Below, piece by piece: positions 14,098-25,537 of a stretch of 64,000 nt of DNA. Source of the stretch: Callorhinchus milii (lineage: Eukaryota). Numbering within the stretch: the stretch's first letter is position 1; the number at the start of each line of letters is the position of its first letter. A model generated the notes under the pieces. The model saw only the letters and a program-made list of their open reading frames with translations, was not told the DNA's origin and made no database searches. The DNA is taken from NCBI RefSeq assembly GCF_018977255.1, contig NW_024704743.1:11968001-12032000 (forward strand), in the 5' to 3' direction. A program made the translations under genes and the position numbers.

Positions 14098-14680
14098 GGT
14101 GTGTCAGCCTGGCTCAGTGTAACATTCTTGCCCTTGAGTCAGAAGTTTGTGGATTCAAATCCCATGTCAGGACTTGTCTAAGCTGCCGCTCCAATGCAGT
14201 GCTTGGGTTAGTTGTATTGTCGGAGGAGCCGGCCTTCGGATACAACGTTAAACCAAGATACCATCTGCCTGTAAAAACAGAAGGCGCTGGGAACACTCAA
14301 TAGATCAGGCAGCATCTATGAAGACAGGAGACATTTTAGGTCGATGACCTTTCTGACGGGTGTTTTTATTTCAGAATTCCAGCATCTGCAGTATTTTGCA
14401 GAACACGAGGTCTGCCTGTTCAGGTGGACGTTAAAGATCCCATGGCACTTTCCGAAAAGAGAAGGGAGCTTCTCTCTCCTGGTGTCGACCAACAATCCCC
14501 CAACTAAAATTGGTCACTTCTTTCATAGCTGTTTGTCTGACATTGTTGCGTGCAATTGGCTACTGTATTTGCCTGGAAATACACAGCCAATTCACTTCAC
14601 AGTAAATCCTGTGAAGTGCTTTGAAAGGTCCTTCCAATGTCACGAGGCACTAAACCAAATACAAGGATTATTATTACTAT
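14098..14680 (+). mobile_element. DeuSINE interrupted by a Penelope fragment
   Basis: gtgtcagcctggctcag head, tcaggtggacgttaaagatcccatggcact core and aaggattattatt tail. Confidence 0.85.
14273..14399. mobile_element. Short rearranged Penelope terminal fragment inserted in a DeuSINE
   Basis: Two opposite-orientation pieces of the 57387-57490 terminus; tctgcctgt occurs on both sides. Confidence 0.68.
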
Positions 14681-15411
14681 TTGGCCCAACTAGTCCAAAC
14701 CAGTGTTTATACTCCAAGACACTAACTCAGGAGAGGTTATTATGGGGAAAATGGGATTGAAAGACAGGATGGGTCCAATGGCCTTCTGTGTGAATTTCTA
14801 TGATTCTATTTGGAATCTCTTCAATCAAAGGAACGTTCAATTGTGAAATTCACTGCAGTTGCAGCTGTTGAGACTTGATCAATAGGGTCATTCAGAAGCC
14901 AACTGGATAAGCACCTAAGCAATAAACAAACCTTACTATGGGCATATAGGGAAAGAGCTGGAAAGTGGGATTAAGTTGCTACAATAATAATTATAATAAC
15001 CGTTATGTTTGCTACAGTGCTGTTTTATGTCGGGAGGATGTGTCTCAAAGGCCTTAACAGGATTTACTGTAAAGTGGAGTAACTATGTATTTGGTAGGTG
15101 AAAGCGGCAGCCAATTTGAGCGCAGAAATGTCCCGCAAACAACCAAATGACCGGCAAATTACCTTTTTTTTCTGTGTGTGGGGGGGTGGGTGATGATTGG
15201 GATGATTGTTGGCCAGGATACCGAGAGAGACTCCCTTATGTATAATGCACTCATTTGTTCATGGTGTTCAATAGACCACCTAAAATGTAAAGAATTGATA
15301 AAAAATACTAATTTACATTTATATAACGCTTTTCATGTCGGGAGGACATTCAAGACACTGAATATACCTTAAAGTGCAGTGACTGTGTTTGTGGATGAAC
15401 CAACGAGATGC

Positions 15412-15848
15412 AGTCCTGTAGCATATTGGTTAGAAAACGTGGCTAGCAAGCAAGAGGACCCTGGTTCAATTCCTGGAAGGGACGAAACCTTTGGCCAGTT
15501 TCCTTACTCCACACGTCTCTGTTTGCCTAGCAGTAAGTAAGAACCCGGTTGCTAGATGATTGGCGGATTGCTTTCCGGGGTTAATAATCCTTTCAAAAAG
15601 AAAAAAAAATTTGGTTATTCAATCCACAACTATTTGTGGGACACTGCTTTGTGCAATTGGCTTCCGATTTTCACCCGCAAAATATAGTCAATCCACTTTA
15701 CACTATGTTCTGTAAAGTACTTTGAGATGTCTCAATGACGTGATGAGGTGCTTTATCAAATACAACAACAACAACAAGATTCCATTTATAGAGCGCCTTT
15801 CACGTCGGGAGGACGTCCCAAATCGCTGAAATACGAGGATTATTAGTA
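15412..15848 (+). mobile_element. tRNA-Ala-headed SINE (family B) with a tiny L2 tail inserted in its 3' end
   Basis: agtcctgtagcatattggttag head, gtttccttactccacacgtctctgtttgcctagcagtaagt domain, and the 3' half shared with the DeuSINE. Confidence 0.85.
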
Positions 15849-16849
15849 TTTTGTTAGAGAGTTACAATAAAGAGTAACTTGCTATGTGTGTGGCTCTGAG
15901 ATGTTTTGAGATAAAGCTCTATATCAAGTGCAGATTTTCATAATTAACGAGAAATTCGATGCTAATGAAATGGGCTGAATCTTTATGTTCACCTTTTGTT
16001 CTTAATTTCAAAGCTCAATGCTATACAAAGCTTAGTGATATTCCTTTTTTTAAACAATAAAGAAACGCTAATTAGACTCAGAACTACAGATTGATCTTAG
16101 AAGCTTCTGTTATTGCCTTTAATTAATTTAGAGTACATCAGTGCACATGCCTTCCCTCCCTCATCCCTGGATGATGCATTGTGTTTGTCAGCGTGGCTCA
16201 AATGGTAGAATTCTCACCTCTTGAGCCAGCAGGTTATGGGCTCAAACTCACGTCAGGACTTTGAACTTGGATAATACACTCCTATACAACACAAAATTAC
16301 ATATGTAAAGCTCATTTCACGTCGGGAGGACGACTGCTGATGGTGGGGTGGGCCGGGCAGAGGACGTGGAGCAGGCCAGAGCCTGAGCCAGAGCCTGCTG
16401 AGCAGAGTATCAATGCTAGGATTATTATTATGTAATTATTTAATATGATCCTGTCACATTCTTCGAAAAGAGCAGAGCATTTCCCCTAGTGTCTTGGCCA
16501 ACAATCCCGTTAGCAGAGAAAAGAAGCAGAAACCTATACTTTCACCTTTTAACACCCAAGATATTTTGATGCTCAGTGATTATCCTTGTATTGCTCACAC
16601 CATAGGATCTGCCATTCTCCCCTCCCTTCTCACCCTCGCCACTACCCCCTAGCCCCTACCATTCTGTATGGCTAACTCAGGCTTGCTGTGCGCCCCCCAG
16701 CTCTCTTCGCACCCTATTCAGTGTCTGAGCTCCACCTTAAAATTTACCTCCTTGATCGGGCCTATGGTCACACACACTCCTCCTCCCAGTTTAGCATTGC
16801 TATATAAATGCAATTTATTGTATTTCTAACGCACAATTTGGACACGATA

Positions 16850-17095
16850 TAGCCTGGCTCAGTTTATAGTGCTCTTGCCTCTTGAGTTAGAAGGTTGTGA
16901 GTTGAAGCCCCACGTTGGGGCTTGGAACTCATGTAGCCTGAGTTTTGCTCCAGTGCAGTGCTCAGTGTGTGCTGAATTGGAGGTGCCGTCCTTCAGCTGA
17001 GGCATTAAACCGAGGTCCTGTCTGCCTGATCAGGTGGATGTTAAAGATCCCATGGCAGTACTCGAAAGAGAAGTGAGTTTCTCCGAGTGTCCTAG
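16850..17095 (+). mobile_element. DeuSINE 5' portion
   Basis: agcctggctcag head through ccgaggtcctgtctgcctgatcaggtggatgttaaagatcccatggc. Confidence 0.82.
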
Positions 17096-17554
17096 CCCTC
17101 TCTGCCCGTGCAGCGGGTGGGGCAGCAGTATGAGGTGGGAGTACGCCCTGCTGGTGGGGAGCAGAAATTGTGGCTCCGGAATGAGTGAGGATGGGGGCAG
17201 GGAAGGGAATGAGCTGTTCCCTGGGGCTGTGGTGATGGTAACCAGGATGTTCAGTGGTCTGATTTCTTAGCCTCCTGGGAGGCTTTTTTACCACTAAAAA
17301 AGCAGCAATGGTGCTGCTGAAATGTGGTCTGAGCTGGTGGTCACGCGGAGCTGGAGCAGGAGTCTTTCTATTCAACATCCCATCTCCCGTGGGAGCACTG
17401 AGATCACCCCATATCTGGGAACCGAACCCGGGTCCTCGATTGCAAGGTGCGTGCTCTAACCACTACGCACAGAACTCCACGACATCACTGCCTGGCAAGC
17501 TTTCCCGCTGCCTGTGTCGAGCCTGGATCACCCTAACCGTTAGGGTTAACCTAA

Positions 17555-18298
17555 TCTGTTCGACCCTGAGCTGTCCTTTCTTCCCCACATCCGCACCACA
17601 ACTGGCACCGCCTTCCACCACCTCCGGAACATCGCCAGACTACGGCACTACCTCACCCCTCACGCTGCTGAAACACTGGTCTACGCCTTTATCACCTCAA
17701 GGCTGGACTATGGGAACTCTCTCCTCGCCGGCCTTCCCGCCACCTCCCTCCACAAGCTGCAGGTCATTCAGAACCCTGCAGCTCGTGTACTGTCCCGCAC
17801 CAGGCTTCGGGACCACATCACTCCCACCCTCGCTCGCCTCCACTGGCTCCCCATCCCCCAGAGGATCGAATTCAAGATCCTCATCCTCACTACAAGGCCA
17901 TTCACGGCCTTGCTCCCTCTTACCTCTCCGACCTACTATCCCCCTACCTACCTGCCCGTACCCTCCGTTCCTCTGGCTCCGGTCTTCTCCACATCCCCCG
18001 CCCTAACCGCCCTACCATCGGTGGCCGGGCTTTCAGCCTCTCAGCCCCGAGGCTCTGGAACTCCGTCCCCCAGTGCCTTCGCCGCTTCCTCCCTTTTCTC
18101 CTTCAAGGCCGGTCTCAAGACATTTCTCTTCAACCGTGCCTTCAGCTCCCCTATCGACTCTCTACCCCCTCCTCGCTCCCTCCCTTCCCTCCCCCTGACC
18201 ATTTCCCCGCTGCTCGTGTCCCGACCCAACTGTCCAGCGCCTTGGGACGTCCTCCCGACGTGAAAGGCGCTCTATAAATGCAATCTTGTTGTTGTTGT
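17555..18298 (+). mobile_element. 5'-truncated copy of the same young L2 family
   Basis: Near-identical to 27300-28054, including the stem-loop and (TTG)n tail. Confidence 0.93.
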
Positions 18299-20006
18299 AT
18301 GGCTTTGGCTTGTAGGGTTAAAAGGAACTGACTGGGAAGAATGTGGCTCAACCTCCTGTTCTTGGCACGGCTGCCTTGTCTGTAAGTGTATAATACGGAG
18401 GGACAGTAACCTCAGTGTTATGTCTTCAGTGGCAGTGGCTGCCGTCCACTACTCTGTCTTCGCTCACTGAAACACCAGCTTCATTGGGTCAGCCTGGTGC
18501 AGTGGTAGTGCTCTCGCCTCAGGAAGTTGTGGGTTCAAGCCCCACATCAGGACTTGGAATCACATTGTTTAAGTTGACACTTCAATGCAGCGCTGGGGGG
18601 AGAGAGATCACTCCACTTTACAGTATATTTTGTGAAGTGCTTTGAGACGTCTCAGCAATATGATGAGGCACATAATGCAGGGATTATTATATAACAATTC
18701 CCCCACATAAAATTGGTTGTTCATTTCATGACTGGCTGTTTGTAAGACATTGCTGTGCACAAATTGGCTGCAGTGTTCACCCAAAGCAGTGAGCTTCCAG
18801 TCCATGAGCTGTAGCTCCATCCACTGCAACCTCTGTGCTGCCCTCCAATCAATCTGTCGAAGAATTGGGTTGCCCTATAACTGTGCATGGTTCCTGATAT
18901 CGTCAATTGCAATCACAAGTCTTGGGTTTGATGCAATTTGAATTCTTAGTCGAAAGCCTCGAGATGATTGTCAGTGCCAGGTTAGGCTTGTTCATAACAG
19001 CATCATGTTGATTGGAGTCCTTAGGGAAGATTGGCAATTTACACACCCAGTACCTTTCCCAGCTTCACTAATAGATAAGCCTTCATTATGGACGCATTTC
19101 ACGTTTCTTGTGCCATTGTGCGTAACCTCAGAAGAACACGGGGAGGGAAGGGGGAAGGAGAAAGAACTGGCATTATTCTGTCAATGTTTCAAAGTGCTTT
19201 AGGATAATTGCTGCCTCCCACTCCCAGTTGGCTCTGTGAAGCAGTTTGAGATGTCCTCTCGATGTGAAAGACATGTATAAATGTTGGGTAGCGTTGTCAA
19301 TGCTTGGTCAAGTCGAAGTCCTAGAATTGTTGTGCAGAATGCAAAATCATGCTTAAGAGTATCCAAACCGAAGTTCTATGTATGTCACCTACACATAGAA
19401 ATTTCCAGGACTGTGAGCTCAAAAGTCCTACCGAGGGGCTTCAACCTGACTTAAGAGACAAAGGTGCTACCAACTGAACCAGGCTGATGTTTACAGGAGA
19501 ACAAGAATCTTTTGGTGTCTGTTGCAAACACCTGTGTTTCTGGTTTGTGTTCAGCATTGTGAACATTTAGGAAGTAATACTCCTTTTTTTGGAAGGGTGG
19601 GGGCACGGGTGGCTCAACCTACTGTACTTCCCCCTCCGATCCACCAGTGTTTTTTTATTCATAGCAGATCAGTGCTTGTGAAAAGCGCTAAGCTTTAAAC
19701 ATCGCTGGTGTGTGAACACGTTCACAGGCAAATAGGTCCAGCAGTTAGATCACATGCTATCCTGTTACTGATATTGCTAGATAATTGCATTTCTCTCTCT
19801 CTCACTGCCTTTTATTATCGGTTGGTCTGTTATCAGCAGTGCCTCATTGCTCCACCTTTACTGTCTTTAGAAATTGTGTGAAGGTATAATAATCTTTTCA
19901 TTTGACGTAGCGTCTTTCACATCAGAAGGACGGGTCAGCCATTCCACCAGTGTATCAGGTCCTGCCCGCTGTTTTCATCCCATTTTGCTCGTCTTGTTTA
20001 CATACT

Positions 20007-20322
20007 GGAGTCCTGTAGCTCAGTGGTTAGAGCACTCGCCTTGCAAGCGAAACACCTGGGTTTAATTCCAGGCAGGGCGAAACCTTGGGCAAGTTTCCTT
20101 ACTCCACACAGAGCCTAATAATAATCCCTCCAAAGCAAAACAATAATAAATTGATCATTTTCAATCCACGAATGTTTGTGGGACACTGCTGTGCGCAATT
20201 GGCTGCCACGTTTCGCCCACAAATATACGGTCAATTCACTTTACAGCATATTCTGTGAAGCGCTTTGAGACGTCTAGAAGACATAAAAGGCGCTGTATCA
20301 AAATCAAGGATTATTATTATTA
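20007..20322 (+). mobile_element. tRNA-Ala-headed SINE, internally deleted variant
   Basis: ggagtcctgtagctcagtggttagagcactcgccttgcaagcg (A box, TGC anticodon arm); (TTA)n tail. Confidence 0.88.
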
Positions 20323-23196
20323 TACTCCTTGATGCCCTTTTGTACCAAGTACAGCAAATGGATAACTCAATCGTGGCTTAACTTGTCACTAATTACCACA
20401 TGCTGTCAATATCCTGGCCACCTGAAGTGAATGGCGGGTGCTTTACAAATGTAATTTTGTATTGTATTTTTGGAGTCCAGTATAATATATTGGTTAGAGC
20501 ACTCACCTCAATTCACTTTATGGTATATTCTGTGAAGCACTTTGAGACGTGACAACGACGTGATAAGGCGCTAAATCAAATGCAAGGATTATTATTTCAG
20601 AGATCAATTTGTGTAACTTGCAAATGACCCCTTCCCCTCTTCCCCCTCCTCTTATTCCCCTTCTCTCATGCATTCCCATTGTGATGATTGCAATTTTCGA
20701 GCAGGTTTCTGCCTGAATGCTGAACACTGCTGATGTGTTGAACAGCAGAGGCCACTTTGATGATCTGTTCCACAGGCTTGGGTTGTTCCAGGAATTGTAG
20801 TCTATGAATCATTGATGGGTGACATGACCTGGCACTAATGTTGCGTACAATAAAGGCTCAGGCGAGATAAGGGTGAACGGGGAGGGGGAGGGAATCGATG
20901 GCATAAGCTCAGATCATATTGGGTTTATATTGCAATGCACCACGCTGTGAAACAGGTGCGTAGGTCATGTCTCACTCTTGTGTGGTTGGAACTGGGGTCA
21001 AATTGATAGTAAAACACTCTTTGAAACTACACAAGATGGTTTCTAAGTGCCCAGGTTTATTATGAGTGTTCAGGAACAGCAATGGTTTTCTGGGTTGGAT
21101 TTCTCCTTATAGGCAGGCAGGCATGAGATATTCCTTGTTCGTTTCCTCTACAGAAAAGGCTCTCTGTGGAATGTCTTAGGCTGACTCATTTTCCTTAATA
21201 ATCCCTGCATTTGATGTAGCACCATATCGCACTGAGACGTCTCAAAGAACACAGAGCGTGGGTGTTTTTCCCACAGTAAAGTGCGGTGATCATGTATTGA
21301 ACTTGCAGCCTCAATTGACAATCCAGTGCAGTGTTTGGGGAGAGGGAATTGGGGGTGGTCCCAAGGCAGTCCTTGAAAAAGAGATGTGCCCAGGAGATCT
21401 GTTAGACAGATTTCTGTTAGGAAATAATATCTCAGAATGCAATATATGGTTTGGGACATGGCATGTGCATGCGATTGCCAGGATGGTGGAAGGCAAACTG
21501 GATGGATATTGGCCTTCTTTCGTCGAACAACTCTTATGTTCTGATGTGCCTGGCGACACTCCCTCAAATAAAATTGATCATATCCTTGGCTGCCAGGTTT
21601 GTTCAAAAATAATGACAATAATGTGATGAGCATTTGATACAGGGCGGCAATGGGAGGACGCTGGGTTTGGCATGCTGGAAGGATGGGAACAAATGGGCAA
21701 AAGAGTGAACTTAATAATAATAATAATCCTTGCACTTGACATAGCGTCTTATCATATCAAGTTGTCTCAAAGCGCTTCACAGGACTTTTCACAGTGAAGT
21801 GTAGCGACTGTATTTTATAGGTGTTCTCGGCAGCCAATTTGCGCACAGGCACAACAGAATATAAGAATTGTTTGATGAAAGAAATTCAATAACCATCCAG
21901 TTCGCCTTCCACCATCCTGGCAGTCGCATGCACATGTCATTAAGTGAGAATGAAGTGACCATGTTTTTTTATTAAGGGGATTGTTGACCTAGTCACTGAG
22001 AGAAACTCCCTTCTCTTGAATAGCGCCATGAGATCTTTAACATTCACTTGAATAGGCAGACAATACTGCTGTTAAAATAAAAAAAATTCTCCCTCGCTCA
22101 CTTTGTTCAAGCTGCCTTGAGATCAGCCTCTTTGACTATGCTTTTGGTCACCATTCCCACTCCCCACCCAGCTCAGATGCCCAACCAATACTAGTGAGTG
22201 CTTTGGGGCATCCTTCTGCCGTGAAAAGTGCTGTAAATTTGTATTGTAATTATGCATTTGAGTATGTTGGGCAAAGTTATGGTCAAAGACCTTTGAAGAG
22301 GCTTTTAAAGGTAAAAAGGGAAAATGATTTATGTATACATAATGTATAGTAGAGCTCTGTTATAAGGTTTGGTTTGGGTATGCCAAGGATTATTGTTATA
22401 CGGATTGGCTTCCCGCATTCTAAAAATTGCCAACGATATCTGGTCGTCGGTCACCATTGATGTCACTTCCTGCACCCTGGGCATGTGCGATATGTTCAGG
22501 AAGTACTTACGTACAGCAGTGGCAATTACCTAACAACCTGAAAATCAGTGTGGGATGCTGGGCATGCGTGTGCAGCAATAGTAGACATTTTTCAGGAAGT
22601 TAAGTTCGATGACACTTATTGCGCTTGTGCAAAGTGCACAGGAACAACAACAACAACAAGATTCCGTTTATTGAGCGCCTTTCACGTCGGGAGGACGTCC
22701 CAAGGCGCCCAAGGAAGTGACTTTGTGGTGGCCATTTTGGTTTTGTGCCATGTTATGACGTGATGTTTGGGGGATTATGAACCTGCATTAGAAAACCCAG
22801 GGAGCGAGGGTTCTTCTATATGTATCTGGGGGGGAGGCGGGTTTCTCTTCAATGCCTCCTGCAAGGTCCATCTCAAGACCCTCTTCTTCAACTGAGCCTT
22901 CGGTCACCCCCTTACCGTCCCTGCCCTCCACCCCTCCTGATAACAACCCCCAGGTCCAATCCAAATCCCTGACTGTCCAGCACTTTGGGTCATCCTCCTG
23001 ATGTGAAAGGCAAATGTGAAAGTACAAATGTAATTTGTTGTGGTTGTTGTTGGTGCCTTTTACTCTTTCAAACAAAGAGTGGAGTGGGGGTGTGGGTAAA
23101 AAGTGCATATTGTTCTCTGTCTTCTGATACTTTGTTTTTTCTCCCGTCTTCTCTCCCTCTCTCTTCACCTCCCCCCCCACCAACTCCCCTTTGCAG

Positions 23197-23326
23197 AAGT
23201 TAATGACGACTCCTTGGAAGAGGATATACTCCTTACAGAATCCGAGCTTCCGCCTCTCCTCCAACGTTCCACATCTGAGGAGTCTGCCAGCTCAGCCGTC
23301 TCAACCCATCTCGATGCAAAATCCAG
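23197..23326 (+). CDS. KMT2C: KMT2C coding exon (exon 3 equivalent), EVNDDSLEEDILLTESELPPLLQRSTSEESASSAVSTHLDAKS
   Basis: Long pyrimidine tract and ttgcag| acceptor, AG|gtcagc donor; 130 nt, phase 1 to phase 2, in frame with both neighbours. LQRSTSEESA resembles KMT2C LQRSVSEESA. Confidence 0.88.
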
Positions 23327-23344
23327 GTCAGCAGACAGAACACA

Positions 23345-23665
23345 GAGGGAGGGAGATGAGAGGGGAGGGGAGAAGAGAGGAGAGAGGAAAGGGAGGGAGA
23401 GGAGGGTAGAGAGGGCAGAGGAAGGGGAGGGAGAGGGGAGGGAAAGGAGTGGGAGGAGGGGAGGGAGTGAGAGGACGGAGAAAGGAGAGGTGAGGGAGAG
23501 GAGGGAGGGAGAAGGGGGAGGAGGAAGAAGGGAGGGGAGGGAGAGGAGGAAGAAGGGAGGGGAGGGAGAGGAGGAAGAAGGGAGGGGAGGGAGAGGAGGA
23601 AGGGAGGGAGAGGAGGAGGGAAGGAGAGGGGGGGGAAAGGAGTAGAGAGAGGAGGGGTGAGGGGA
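23345..23665 (+). repeat. Polypurine (GGA/GGGA-rich) low-complexity tract
   Basis: About 320 nt almost exclusively G and A, directly after exon 3. Confidence 0.95.
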
Positions 23666-25537
23666 TCACATTGGCGATTGACATGTGGGGAATGCTGGGA
23701 GCCCGTCCTCAGGCCAGATGTGTGGTGCTGGTTAGAGAGAGAGCAGACGGCTGCACATGATGTGCTGATAGCTTGATTACAGCAGAGGGTGGGGGGAGGA
23801 GGTCAGTATCCCAGCTGTTGTCTTTAAACCACTCCAGCTCCGTCTGCAATGCCGTGCTAACCCCACCCCTTAATCACTGCTGCCTTCCGCCCCTCTCCCC
23901 CCCCTCCAAATTAGAGGTAATTAACCCTATCTTGAAGCTGCGTTCATCTAATTTAATACAAGAGCATTCATTCAATTTCCTGGGGGATAAAGAGAGACAA
24001 ATTGGTTCAAATCTTTTTTGCCTCTCTTAAATATTATTCTAAGTTTAAATGTTGATTATCTCATTCTGCTGATGTTTGTTACCCTCCTGTTCCTCCCCCC
24101 ATTCAAAACTCCCTCCTCTTTGCCCCCGCCGCTCCCATTTTAGTCTCTAGAAACCTTTCTCCTTTGCTCACCTTCCAACTCTGCCAATGTGCAGCGCTCT
24201 GAGACACTATCCTATGGGAAGGGTGCTGTATCAACACAAGTTGTTCTTTAAAAGAGATGGAAGTTTCTCCTGGTGACCTGACCAAAAATCCTCAGCATTC
24301 TGGAGTGCTTCATAACTGTTTGTGAACATTCCTTTATTATTTTTATATTGGCATTAGAGTGCTGTTTCCAATGGGTTCAATTACAAATACAGTCGGTCCA
24401 CTTAGCAGTAAAAATCTTTTGAAGCACTTGTGGTGTTTCTCCTGTTATCCTACTTCTCTGCTCACCCCCCCCCCCCCCCCCGCCGAGTTGTCTAACTCAG
24501 GCCTGCTGCGTGTACCCCACCATCAGTGGCCGAGCCTTCAACTTTACCCCAAAAAATCTGGAACTCCCTCTGTTTCACCTCTGTCTTTAATTCCAGTGTT
24601 AAAACCTTCGACTGCGCCTATGGTCACCTCCCACTTCTTTCTCCCCAGCCCCTGGCTTGCCTGACATCCAATCCCTTCATTGTGATCCGCTCTGAATCAT
24701 TATCTTACATGAAAAACTCTGTTGTTGTTTCGACAACATGATAAAGCGAATTGATCGTTCACTTCATGACTGTTTGTGGGACACTGCTGTGCAAAAATTG
24801 GTTGCAGCGTTTGCTCAGAAAAGACACAGTCACTCCACTTTACTGTAAATCCTGTGGAGCGCTTTGAGACATCCTCATATCATGAAAGGCGCTACACCAA
24901 ATTTAAGGAATATTATTATAATAAATGTGAGTATTATTATCATCTATCTTTAGGCAGATGGGTTCTGAGTGGAGACTGCAGGACCATGGAATGTAGTGGA
25001 CGTGAAGGGCTACAATAGTTATAAATAAATAATAACATTTGATATATATACTTACAGCCCATACAGGCCATAAAGCCCCTTTAACAATGCGAAGGGAATA
25101 GCTGCCAAGTGTAGCTCTTATTTGGAGGCAAAATGGCAGCTTATTTGTCCATAACAGTGTTCCACGTCTCAAAGTACTTCACATGATCTTCTGTGAAGTG
25201 TAGTGACTGTGTATTTTGTAGGTGAACGCGGCAGTCAATGGGCACAAAGCAATGTCCAAAAACAGCCATGAAGTGAACAATCAGATTTTTATTTGGAATG
25301 TTGATCGGTCAGGACACCGGGGAGAAACTCCCTTCTTTTTTCAAAGTTTGTCGTGGGATCTTTAACATTCACCTCAACAGGCAGAATGTCAGAGTTGGCA
25401 GCTAATGGCCAGTAATTTGGAATGCACAAAACAATGTATAAAGGTGTATAAATATATTGAAATCCAAACTGCATCAATTGAAAAAGAGGAGATGTGCACT
25501 GATGGTAACTGATCTTATTTGCCTCCAAATAAGAGCT

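Noticed and set aside
20007..20080. tRNA-Ala-like sequence (also at 2056, 32019, 35210, 42294 and others)
   Set aside because: Each copy runs into SINE body and tail, lacks a proper acceptor stem and is diverged. These are SINE heads, not tRNA genes.
20681..20735. C/D-box-like motifs (GTGATGA ... CTGA)
   Set aside because: The spacing is too short for a typical snoRNA and I recognise no rRNA or snRNA guide.
23103..23645. 180-aa ORF with a long E/G/R tail
   Set aside because: Only 23197-23326 is exonic; the tail is the purine tract read through the donor site.
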